Assembly (NCBI GenBank): GCA_020026335.1
Contig: JAHHQO010000009.1
Span: 35,286-99,285, forward strand
Direction of reading: 5' to 3'
DNA length: 64,000 bases
DNA from: Alistipes sp.
Lineage (GTDB): Bacteria > Bacteroidota > Bacteroidia > Bacteroidales > Rikenellaceae
Part shown: positions 27,983-35,574 of the stretch, piece by piece
Position numbering within the stretch: the first letter of the stretch is position 1
Layout: every line of letters begins with the position of its first letter
The notes under the pieces: model-generated
Databases searched by the model: none
The model's input: only the letters and a program-made list of their open reading frames with translations
Told to the model about the DNA's origin: nothing
Program-made: the position numbers and the translations under genes

Positions 27983-29068
27983 GTGTTTTCGCATCGCAGA
28001 CTGGGGCTTCGCAAGTGGTGGGCTCTCAATATATTTTCCAATCTCTACAAAACGACTGTAAGTGAGCATCATCTCGATACGCTCTTTTGGGAGTGTACGC
28101 TCAGATGTAACCTCTCGTGCCGTCATTGTGGTAGCGATTGCAGGGTAGACCCCGGAGTGAAGGATATGCCGCTGGGCGATTTCCTCAAGGTGCTCGACGA
28201 GGAGGTGACACCTCATGTCAACCCCGAGGAGGTATTGATTATCTTCTCGGGCGGTGAGGTTTTGGTGCGTCCCGACTTGGAGGAGGCGGGGCGAGAGGTC
28301 TCGAAGCGCGGCTACCCGTGGGGTATGGTTACCAACGGTCTGGCACTCACCGAGGAGAAACTCGACCGACTGGTTGATGCCGGTCTGAGGAGCGTTTCGG
28401 TGAGCCTCGATGGCTTTGAACGCGAACACAACTATATCCGTGGTAATGCACGCAGCTACGAGAAGGCATTGGCGGCCGTGAGAATGGTGGCACGCCATCC
28501 CAATCTCTCCTACGATGTCATTACCTGCGTCACCGGCTCGATGGTACCCAAATTGGAAGCCTTCCGCTCGATGCTGATTTCCGAGGGCGTGCGTTCGTGG
28601 CGTCTGTTCTCCATCTTTCCCATGGGTAGGGCGAAGAACGACAGCACACTGACGATGACCGATGCCGAGTTCCGTGCCGTGCTGGAGTTTATCCGCAAGA
28701 CACGCAAAAGTAAGTTCGGCAAGCTGATTCACTGCGAATATGCGTGTGAGGGCTTCTTGGGGGGCTATGAGGCGGAGGTAAGGGACAATTTCTACCAATG
28801 TGTCGCCGGCATTTCCGTAGCTTCTATTCGTGTGGACGGTGCGATTTCGGGTTGCACCTCCATTCGTGCCAATTATCATCAGGGAAACATCTACCGCGAC
28901 AAGTTTTGGGACGTATGGCAAAACCGCTTCGAGCCGTTCCGCAATCGTGAATGGACGAAGAAGGAGGAGTGCGGCGACTGCAAAATGTGGCGGTATTGCA
29001 TGGGTGGCGGTATGCACCTGCGCGATGACGATGGGAAGTTGTTATACTGTCATTATAAGCGACTTTGA
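27983..29068 (+). CDS. radical SAM/SPASM domain protein (rSAM/lipoprotein system type)
   Basis: CNLSCRHC = CxxxCxxC. C-terminal CGDCKMWRYCMGGG is a SPASM-like cluster. GTG start 12 nt after the lipoprotein stop; there is no ATG upstream of the cluster motif. Confidence 0.85.
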   Translation: MFSHRRLGLRKWWALNIFSNLYKTTVSEHHLDTLFWECTLRCNLSCRHCGSDCRVDPGVKDMPLGDFLKVLDEEVTPHVNPEEVLIIFSGGEVLVRPDLEEAGREVSKRGYPWGMVTNGLALTEEKLDRLVDAGLRSVSVSLDGFEREHNYIRGNARSYEKALAAVRMVARHPNLSYDVITCVTGSMVPKLEAFRSMLISEGVRSWRLFSIFPMGRAKNDSTLTMTDAEFRAVLEFIRKTRKSKFGKLIHCEYACEGFLGGYEAEVRDNFYQCVAGISVASIRVDGAISGCTSIRANYHQGNIYRDKFWDVWQNRFEPFRNREWTKKEECGDCKMWRYCMGGGMHLRDDDGKLLYCHYKRL

Positions 29069-29178
29069 GACGAATAAATCGGCTTGAGGGTGTGCTGTGA
29101 GCGGCATGTGGTCTGAAGTGCCGAGAAAAATCAAATATCTTTTTTCTTAAAAAATTTTGCCAATTCGGAATTAAGAGT

Positions 29179-29186
29179 TATCTTTG
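29179..29186 (+). promoter_or_regulatory. -7 box TATCTTTG upstream of tRNA-Pro(CGG)
   Basis: Exact TAnnTTTG, 30 nt before the tRNA 5' end. Confidence 0.5.
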
Positions 29187-29216
29187 TGTGCTCTTAAGAA
29201 AAAGAGTCATATAGTT

Positions 29217-29291
29217 CGGGGTGTAGCGCAGTCCGGTTAGCGCGCCAGCTTCGGGAGTTGGAGGCCGCTGGTTCGAATCCAGTCTCCCCGA
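29217..29291 (+). tRNA. tRNA-Pro (anticodon CGG)
   Basis: The cloverleaf was folded by hand. Anticodon stem CCAGC/GTTGG, loop TTCGGGA (CGG at 29252-29254), T-loop GGTTCGAATCC. Acceptor stem has one T-T mismatch. No encoded CCA. Confidence 0.88.
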
Positions 29292-29296
29292 CTAAA

Positions 29297-29338
29297 AAAC
29301 AGAGGTATGATAATCAATGTCATACCTCTGTTTTTTTA
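29297..29338 (+). terminator. rho-independent terminator after tRNA-Pro(CGG)
   Basis: CAGAGGTATGA / TCATACCTCTG 11-bp stem plus a T7 run. Confidence 0.85.
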
Positions 29339-29349
29339 TTTAACACCTT

Positions 29350-29555
29350 TTATTGATCGCTATCATCATCCCTGTTGGCACTCAAACATCCGTATTTGTT
29401 AAAGTCTTCAGTAAAATCAATAAAGGTCTTGGGGTAGGTCTTCTTTATGAATATTCTGCCAATTGTAGTATTGGCCATTCCACATCTCTCGGCAAATTCC
29501 TTTTGAGTGATGCCTAATTTTTTGAATTTGCTTTTATTTTGGCTAAATCATCCAT
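29350..29555 (-). pseudogene. small HTH (XRE-type) regulator, frameshifted in a homopolymer run
   Basis: The minus strand reads ATG..MDDLAKIKANSKN* and, in the next frame, KLGITQKEFAERCGMANTTIGRIF...DDDSDQ*. The two frames join if the run at 29518-29523 (6 nt) had 7 nt. Confidence 0.6.
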
Positions 29556-29867
29556 AATGTATTGATTTAAGAGTCAATGGTTTGATATCACTGAAAATAA
29601 GAATTATTTTTGAGAAAAGCAATGTTTTTGAATGAATTACTATAGTAGGAAACAAGGATTGTAACAGATGTTTATTCCTTATTTTGACAATAGCTATAAA
29701 ATAGGAGAACGTCATTTCCAACATCGTTTATATTCAGTGCCCCAGCAATAGAAAAATTGGTGATATTTATTTTGATAATATTGCCAAATATATTCCAAAA
29801 AAGGATATAATTTATTAAATTTGATGTGAATTTGTTTTCCTCTAAGTACGTTAAATAACCAAAATAT

Positions 29868-30704
29868 ATGAAGCTCTTATTATTAATTTTCCAAATTATT
29901 CTGTCAATGCAATGTTTCGCACAAGAGAATTGGCAAAAAGCATTGGATAGGGTAAATGTGCCCTCGTATTTCGATTCACGATTATCTGTTTATTTTAAAT
30001 ACTCAGAATCTGTAGATGGTTATGTTGTAACAGGAAAGTTTTTCCCTTTTAACAAGACTGCTGAGACAGGCTATGTTATTCTTTCATTTATGGAGCAATA
30101 TACTAATAAGGTATATCTGTATATTAGTCCTCGCGATGATAAGTATACGAGTAACGACATATATAATTTAGTTTTTAGTGACTCTTTCCCAGGCTACAAA
30201 CAGGGCAACGTGTACTGTTTCAACTACGTTGCCCCCAATAGTTCGCTCAATAAAGAGAGTTGTTATTCGATGGATATTCTCCATCCTTTGGGATATTATA
30301 CTCCATTCCAATTCTTTGATGTGGATTTCGATGGTAAAAAAGAGCTGCTTATGAACAATTGGGATTTGTTACGGACAGGAAATACTTATACCGTATATAA
30401 ACTTAATGATAAAGGTTTAATCCCTGTCTCTGAAGCTCCATTTAACGAATTATGTAATGAAGATGAGATTGATTCTAAACGCAGAATGATTACAAGGATT
30501 TCTGTAGATGGTGCGTTTGAATATATCAAATTTTATTACTCGTTAAAGCACTATGGTAAAGCATTTAAACCTTATCCTAAGTTTGTTTCATGGATGTCAG
30601 AATCACAGGTTAATGAACCGATTCATCCAAGATTTCAATTAGATTCTGTCTATGAAAAGGTTAATGATAAGGAATATCATTGGAATATAAATACAGAAAA
30701 ATAA
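29868..30704 (+). CDS. hypothetical secreted protein (signal peptide; FG-GAP/DxDxDG-like FDVDFDGKKELL motif)
   Basis: 278-aa ORF with AT-rich codons. N-terminal MKLLLLIFQIILSMQCFAQ. No recognisable enzyme motifs. Confidence 0.65.
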   Translation: MKLLLLIFQIILSMQCFAQENWQKALDRVNVPSYFDSRLSVYFKYSESVDGYVVTGKFFPFNKTAETGYVILSFMEQYTNKVYLYISPRDDKYTSNDIYNLVFSDSFPGYKQGNVYCFNYVAPNSSLNKESCYSMDILHPLGYYTPFQFFDVDFDGKKELLMNNWDLLRTGNTYTVYKLNDKGLIPVSEAPFNELCNEDEIDSKRRMITRISVDGAFEYIKFYYSLKHYGKAFKPYPKFVSWMSESQVNEPIHPRFQLDSVYEKVNDKEYHWNINTEK

Positions 30705-30778
30705 TTCTTCCAATCTCGAGATTTATAGGCGCTGGGATTCACATATTAAAGACTCCTTTAATATGTGAATATAGAAAC

Positions 30779-30822
30779 AAAAAAAAGAGATGTATTTCAT
30801 CATCGAAATACATCTCTTTTGA
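30779..30822. terminator. bidirectional terminator (orphan ORF / tRNA-Pro(UGG))
   Basis: AAGAGATGTATTTC / GAAATACATCTCTT perfect 14-bp stem, flanked by A- and T-runs. Confidence 0.85.
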
Positions 30823-30827
30823 TTTAT

Positions 30828-30905
30828 TGGTCGGGGTAACAGGATTCGAACCTGTGACCCCCTGCTCCCAAAGCAGGTGCGCTAACCGGACTGCGCCACA
30901 CCCCG
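30828..30905 (-). tRNA. tRNA-Pro (anticodon UGG), CCA encoded
   Basis: The reverse complement is CGGGGTGTGGCGCAGTCCGGTTAGCGCACCTGCTTTGGGAGCAGGGGGTCACAGGTTCGAATCCTGTTACCCCGACCA. Anticodon loop TTTGGGA. Confidence 0.9.
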
Positions 30906-30920
30906 TTCGTTTTCGGTGTG

Positions 30921-30928
30921 CAAAGATA
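30921..30928 (-). promoter_or_regulatory. -7 box (TATCTTTG on minus strand) for tRNA-Pro(UGG)
   Basis: Plus-strand CAAAGATA, 15 nt upstream of the tRNA 5' end. Confidence 0.5.
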
Positions 30929-30996
30929 AGTGCTTTTTTCAAGATTACAAATTTTCGCGTCCCGAAAAAGCGGTTTTGGTGCGACTTTTGTGCGTC

Positions 30997-31623
30997 TTAG
31001 CCTATCATATCTGCGAAAAGATGGGAGAAATCTTCCCCTTCGGAAGGCATATAAACCCCGAATCCCAGACTGAGTGCCATATCCACATTGCGCTGTCCGT
31101 CGTCGATAAAAAGGCTCTCTTCGGGCTTCATGCCACTGTCGGCAATCATACGGCGGAAGACCACCTCGTTGGGCTTCAACTCCCTCAACTGATAGGAGAG
31201 GTAAATCTTGTCGAAGTAGTAGTCCATGTCGTGACCATCGGCCTTGAACATCTCCTTCACACACTTCATCGATATGGGGTTGTTGTTCGAGAGTACGTAG
31301 GTCTTGTAGCCCTTCTTGCGCAGCTGCTCCAACATTCTCAACTTCTCGACAGGAGTGTCGATGAGAAACTCGCCGTACGCCCACTCTATCTGTTCGTTGG
31401 TGATGTCGGGGGTGTGGGCGATGGCGCGCATCTTGTCGCACGCCTCCTGATAGTCGATGTCACCGCGCTCCAGCTGGCCGATCATCTCGGCAGGGTAGCA
31501 GGGATCTATGATGTCGGCAATGGCGTCCATGCCCAGGTGGCGGAATGCGCGTCGGCATCTTTCGGCATCGAGTCCCACCAGCACACCGCCGAGGTCGAAA
31601 ATTATATTCTTTATTTGCTCCAT
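30997..31623 (-). CDS. HAD-IA family hydrolase
   Basis: IIFDLGGVL (DxG motif I), LSNN and DD.. motifs. Confidence 0.85.
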   Translation of the reverse strand: MEQIKNIIFDLGGVLVGLDAERCRRAFRHLGMDAIADIIDPCYPAEMIGQLERGDIDYQEACDKMRAIAHTPDITNEQIEWAYGEFLIDTPVEKLRMLEQLRKKGYKTYVLSNNNPISMKCVKEMFKADGHDMDYYFDKIYLSYQLRELKPNEVVFRRMIADSGMKPEESLFIDDGQRNVDMALSLGFGVYMPSEGEDFSHLFADMIG

Positions 31624-31644
31624 GTTTTTGATTTAATGTGGTTG

Positions 31645-31652
31645 CAAAGATA
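31645..31652 (-). promoter_or_regulatory. -7 box (TATCTTTG on minus strand) for the HAD gene
   Basis: Plus-strand CAAAGATA, 21 nt upstream of ATG 31623. Confidence 0.5.
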
Positions 31653-31746
31653 CGAAAAGGATAAGGTCGCGACAAATGTAAAACATCGGTTTTTTACAAA
31701 TTGTCGCGACCTTGTCGCTTATTCTTCGTCTACAACGTGTGACTTC

Positions 31747-32559
31747 CTATTTCTGGAATTGCATCGTGTAGCGTCTGATGGGACGTATGATGAACATGGG
31801 CAGGAGCTTGCACAACGGAATCCACAATCGGTTCCACCAGTCGGGTACCGATGTGCGTTTGCCGCGCCACAGGGCACGCAGACCGCGTTTGGCACAGCTG
31901 TCTGCCGTGATGAGAATACCCAGATTGCGACCCAACTTCTGTAAGCCGGGGGCAAGACCGTAGAGGTCTGTGGCCACACCTGCCGGGCAGATGGCGGTCA
32001 CGATGATGCCCTTCTCGCGCACCTCCTTGGCAAAACATACCGAGAACTGACGCAGGTAGGCCTTCGATGCACTATATAGAGCCATGCCGGGGAAGGGCAT
32101 CCACATCGAGTAGGACGACATATTGAGAATATGTCCCTTCACACCGCGCCGAATCATCTCCTCGGCGTAGAACTTGCAGACCTTGGTGTTGGTCATGTCG
32201 TGCAACAGAAGCACCTCCTCGATGCGCTTCACGGGTGTCTGCGTGATGTCCAAAAACGAGAACATACCTGCATTATTGACCACGACATCGGGGTGAATAC
32301 CCTGTGCCGCGAGATGGCTTTGCAACTGCTCGGCAGCATCTATCTGTGCCAGATTGAGTACCAATGTATAGACCTCGGCACACTCCTCCTTTTCGAGCAG
32401 ACGAGCCGTCTCAGCGAGGGGTTCCTGCTTGTCGCCCACCAATGCCACCTTGTAGCCCAATCGCGAAAGACGCAGGGCATATTGTCGGCCTATTCCCGAA
32501 CCCGAACCTGTCACCAAAGCCCAGGCACTGCCTTTAAGCACTTCACCTCGTTTCATCAT
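31747..32559 (-). CDS. short-chain dehydrogenase/reductase (candidate hydroxysteroid dehydrogenase)
   Basis: ALVTGSGSGIG (TGxxxGxG) and YSASKAY (YxxxK). The start overlaps the stop of the OYE gene by 1 nt. Confidence 0.85.
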   Translation of the reverse strand: MMKRGEVLKGSAWALVTGSGSGIGRQYALRLSRLGYKVALVGDKQEPLAETARLLEKEECAEVYTLVLNLAQIDAAEQLQSHLAAQGIHPDVVVNNAGMFSFLDITQTPVKRIEEVLLLHDMTNTKVCKFYAEEMIRRGVKGHILNMSSYSMWMPFPGMALYSASKAYLRQFSVCFAKEVREKGIIVTAICPAGVATDLYGLAPGLQKLGRNLGILITADSCAKRGLRALWRGKRTSVPDWWNRLWIPLCKLLPMFIIRPIRRYTMQFQK

Positions 32560-33770
32560 CAGGGCAGTTTGGCAAGTTCTTCACGGATTTTGCGAGGCAG
32601 GTTTTCGCAATTATGACAGCACTTCATATCCTTGGAGTACATTCTTGCGATGCAGTAGTTGCGGTGGTCGCAGCCGCTGCGTGTAGCCTCGTCACCCTCT
32701 TTCAGCTTATTGACAAACGAGGGGTCGTTGACCAACGCACGTGCCATCTGCACCATCTCAAAACCTGCATCGAGGGCTTTGTCGATACCTTCGCGGCTGA
32801 CCAGACCGCCGACATAAATCAGCGGTGATTTCAGTGCCGCACGGAATTTCTTGGCGTCCTCGAGGAAGTAGCACTCCTTGAAGGGGAACTGCTTAATCAT
32901 CAGCGGTCCGCACCATCTGACGAAGTAGCGCAACCACAGGGGCGAGTAGTAACTCATCGTGTAGGTGGGGATAAGTCCGCGCATCACGGCCATGGGGGCT
33001 TTCGATACAAATCCGCCCGAGAGCACGATGCCGTCCACTCCGTACGATTCGATGACCTTGGCAATTTCGATGCTTTCGGGGATCTCTATACCGCCCTTGA
33101 AACCGTCATACATATTGTGCTTGACCACGATGGCCATATTGTCCTGACGTGCGGCATTGACTGCCTCATCGAGACACATACGCATGAATCGCATTCTGTT
33201 CTCCAGCGAACCTCCGTATTCGTCCTTGCGGTGGTTGGTGTAGGGCGAGAGGAACTGCGAAATGAGGTAGCCGTGACCGGCGTGCACCTCCACGGAGTCG
33301 AAACCTGCCGCGTGGGCATGGTGTACCGCACGGCCAAAATCCTTCGCCACACTCTCTATCTCGTCTTTGCGCATGGCTCTGACGGGGGTGTAGGCGTAGA
33401 GGTTGAATCCCGACGATGCACCGATGGGAATCTGTCCTGCCGTGGTATAGTGGGTCATGTTGCCACAGTGTCCAATCTGGATGCCTGCCGCGGCACCTTC
33501 GTTGTGAATGGCGTCGGTGATGTCGTGGAGGGCGGGTACTATTTCGGGGCGGAGCCAAAGCTGCTTGTTGAACGACAGACCGCTACGCGATACCGCCGCA
33601 TAGGCCAGCGTAGTCATTCCTACACCGCCACGGGCTACTGCCACATGATAATCTTTCAATTGTTGTGTCGGACCGAAATCCTTACCCATCGACTCAAACG
33701 CCGCCGAACGAATGGTGCGGTTGCGCAGGGTCACGGGACCTAATTGATAGGGCGTAAAAAGTTTTGACAT
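32559..33770 (-). CDS. NADH:flavin oxidoreductase, Old Yellow Enzyme family (candidate enoate/3-oxo-delta4-steroid reductase)
   Basis: L.NR...SA, HAGHGYLISQFLSPYTNHR.DEYGGSLENR. Cys-rich C-terminal tail. Confidence 0.85.
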   Translation of the reverse strand: MSKLFTPYQLGPVTLRNRTIRSAAFESMGKDFGPTQQLKDYHVAVARGGVGMTTLAYAAVSRSGLSFNKQLWLRPEIVPALHDITDAIHNEGAAAGIQIGHCGNMTHYTTAGQIPIGASSGFNLYAYTPVRAMRKDEIESVAKDFGRAVHHAHAAGFDSVEVHAGHGYLISQFLSPYTNHRKDEYGGSLENRMRFMRMCLDEAVNAARQDNMAIVVKHNMYDGFKGGIEIPESIEIAKVIESYGVDGIVLSGGFVSKAPMAVMRGLIPTYTMSYYSPLWLRYFVRWCGPLMIKQFPFKECYFLEDAKKFRAALKSPLIYVGGLVSREGIDKALDAGFEMVQMARALVNDPSFVNKLKEGDEATRSGCDHRNYCIARMYSKDMKCCHNCENLPRKIREELAKLP

Positions 33771-33776
33771 GGCTTA

Positions 33777-34538
33777 TTAATAGATAAATGGAATTATTTT
33801 CTTGCGTTTGAGTGCGGTGAACTCCTCGCCGAACTCCTGCTCGTAGCGTTTGTAGAGCGAGAAGGCACGGGGTGCGAGGTTGGCAAATGTCCACCATGCG
33901 AAGACCACTCCTGCCCACGACCACGAGGCGATGGCGAAGCCCACCCACTCGGTGAACTCACCGAAATAGTTGGCCGAGGAGACATAACGGAACATACCGC
34001 CACGGGGAATGTAGTGGCGCGAGTCGCCAGGTTTTCTCAAATGGCGGATGATGTAGTCGGAGTGGATATTGACAATCATTCCCAAGATGAAGATGGTACC
34101 GCCAATCCAGATGTATGGCTTCGAGAACCAGTCGGCGTAGTAGTCGGCTGGCGATACCCAGAATATCCAACCGCCCTGCATCAGTGCATTCAACGTGTTG
34201 AATACCATACCCATGAAGACAATGCCGAGTGGCATCTTCGAGTTACCGCGAATGAGCAGCGGAAAGATGAAAGAACGCTGGAAGTAGTGGCTCTGGAAGA
34301 TGAGAAACAGGGCGAGGGGAGCGGCTTCCCACATTCGGGGACTTGTCGCCCACAGCACGCACATGAGTATGAATACGGGGGATTCCATCATCACCCAGCC
34401 GATTCTGTTGGGTACCGGAAGACCATACTTGCGGTTGAACAGGTATCCGTACCCTGCCTCGAAATAGTGGAGGGCGATGAATACGAAAAGTGCCAACACC
34501 GACATGACGATTAAAAAAATATCAAAAGTCTCTTTCAT
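33777..34538 (-). CDS. 3-oxo-5-alpha-steroid 4-dehydrogenase (steroid 5-alpha-reductase) family membrane protein
   Basis: Polytopic. C-terminal GG.F.YVS.ANYFGEFTEWVGFA motif. I prefer ATG 34538, because the track's TTG 34571 lies inside the -7 box. Confidence 0.82.
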   Translation of the reverse strand: MKETFDIFLIVMSVLALFVFIALHYFEAGYGYLFNRKYGLPVPNRIGWVMMESPVFILMCVLWATSPRMWEAAPLALFLIFQSHYFQRSFIFPLLIRGNSKMPLGIVFMGMVFNTLNALMQGGWIFWVSPADYYADWFSKPYIWIGGTIFILGMIVNIHSDYIIRHLRKPGDSRHYIPRGGMFRYVSSANYFGEFTEWVGFAIASWSWAGVVFAWWTFANLAPRAFSLYKRYEQEFGEEFTALKRKKIIPFIY

Positions 34539-34568
34539 CTGTCTGATTTTTAGGATAAATATATCAAA

Positions 34569-34576
34569 CAAAAGTA
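34569..34576 (-). promoter_or_regulatory. -7 box (TACTTTTG on minus strand) for the 5AR-OYE-SDR operon
   Basis: Plus-strand CAAAAGTA, 30 nt upstream of ATG 34538. Confidence 0.45.
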
Positions 34577-34786
34577 CACATAATATTCCGACCGCGAAAC
34601 TTCTTTAGGGTGTTTATATTCCCCGAAATGTCCGATATTTTCTGTGTTTGAACCAAATATGGGGGCGGTGGGGTGTTTTGTTGGTCGGAGGTCGGGAAGA
34701 GCGAAACGAGTGATTCTTCCTCGAAAAATGATTTCCGAAATTGGAAAATTTTAATTATTTTTGAAAATGCTAAAACACTAACAGAA

Positions 34787-35485
34787 ATGAAAAAAATAGT
34801 TGTATTCACAGGTGCAGGAGTCAGTGCCGACAGCGGATTGGCGACCTTCCGCGATTCCGACGGATTGTGGGCTTCGCACCGTATAGAAGACGTATGTACC
34901 CCCGAGGCTCTGGTCAATAACCGTAAAGAGGTGATTGATTTCTACAACGAGCGCCGCCGCGAGATGCTGGCCGCCCAGCCCAATGCAGGCCACCGTGCCA
35001 TTGCCGAACTCGAAAAGTGGTTCGATGTGGAGGTGGTGACCCAGAATGTGGATAACCTCCACGAGAGAGCCGGTTCTTCGAGTGTGATTCACCTCCACGG
35101 CGAATTGACCAAACTGCGTTCGATGCGCGATGACGAACTGATTCAGCCCATCGAGGGTTGGGAGCAGAAACTCGATGCCTGTGCTTCCGATGGCGCACTG
35201 TTGCGTCCCCACATCGTCTTTTTCGGCGAGTCGGTACCGATGTTCGACCGTGCGGCAAGGACGGCGGCAACGGCCGATATTATGGTGGTGGTCGGCACTT
35301 CGCTGGCGGTCTATCCGGCTGCCTCGCTGGTGCGATATATCGACCTCGACATCCCGATTTATGTGGTCGATTCCGGCAATCCCGATTTATCGTGGATTCG
35401 TAATCCGCTGACCCACATTCACAAGCGTGCCGCAGAGGGTATGCCCGAGCTGGTGGATTTTTTGCGAGAAAAATATGCCGAATAA
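34787..35485 (+). CDS. cobB: NAD-dependent protein deacylase (sirtuin, CobB type)
   Basis: FTGAGVSA.SG...FR, TQNVD.LHE.AG, HG motifs. ATG at 34787. Confidence 0.88.
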   Translation: MKKIVVFTGAGVSADSGLATFRDSDGLWASHRIEDVCTPEALVNNRKEVIDFYNERRREMLAAQPNAGHRAIAELEKWFDVEVVTQNVDNLHERAGSSSVIHLHGELTKLRSMRDDELIQPIEGWEQKLDACASDGALLRPHIVFFGESVPMFDRAARTAATADIMVVVGTSLAVYPAASLVRYIDLDIPIYVVDSGNPDLSWIRNPLTHIHKRAAEGMPELVDFLREKYAE

Positions 35486-35574
35486 CTCGCCGCGGAGGGG
35501 ATAAATTGCGCGATTTACGCTATATTTGCAGCCTGAATTTAAAAATCCGGTTTTCGGACAGGTATAATAAGAAA

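Larger units (their letters stand above)
29340..30825. other. AT-rich ~1.5 kb insert between the 3' ends of two convergent tRNA-Pro genes
   Basis: Visibly AT-rich compared with the flanks. It contains only a frameshifted HTH gene and one orphan secreted-protein gene. Confidence 0.6.

Noticed and set aside
27968-27985. TAG read-through that would fuse the small lipoprotein to the radical SAM enzyme, since both are in the same frame.
   Set aside because: Sharing a frame has a 1-in-3 chance expectation. A lipid-anchored, exported N-terminus fused to a cytoplasmic Fe-S enzyme makes no topological sense. A GTG start 12 nt downstream is adequate.
17846-29338. The terminators at 17846 and 29297 share AAACAGAGG...CCTCTGTTTTTTT arms, which could indicate a repeated intergenic element.
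   Set aside because: Only about 9 nt are shared and the inner stems and loops differ. A repeated 9-mer in a window this size is plausible by chance.
30680-31944. Track ORFs overlapping the tRNA-Pro(UGG) and HAD genes (30680-31000 +, 30824-31441 -, 30916-31944 +).
   Set aside because: They run across a tRNA gene or lie antisense to or out of frame with the HAD hydrolase, whose motifs are clear. Their sequences are Arg/His-rich with no motifs.
34655-34700. G-rich tract GGGGGCGGTGGGGTG..GGAGGTCGGG between the 5AR operon and cobB, as a G-quadruplex.
   Set aside because: Only three runs have three or more Gs, so the canonical four-tract requirement is not met.
34787-35485. SIR2-domain gene as a defence effector (Thoeris/DSR-like).
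   Set aside because: It is a short stand-alone CobB-type sirtuin with canonical deacylase motifs and native composition. It has no partner sensor gene and no N-terminal extension.
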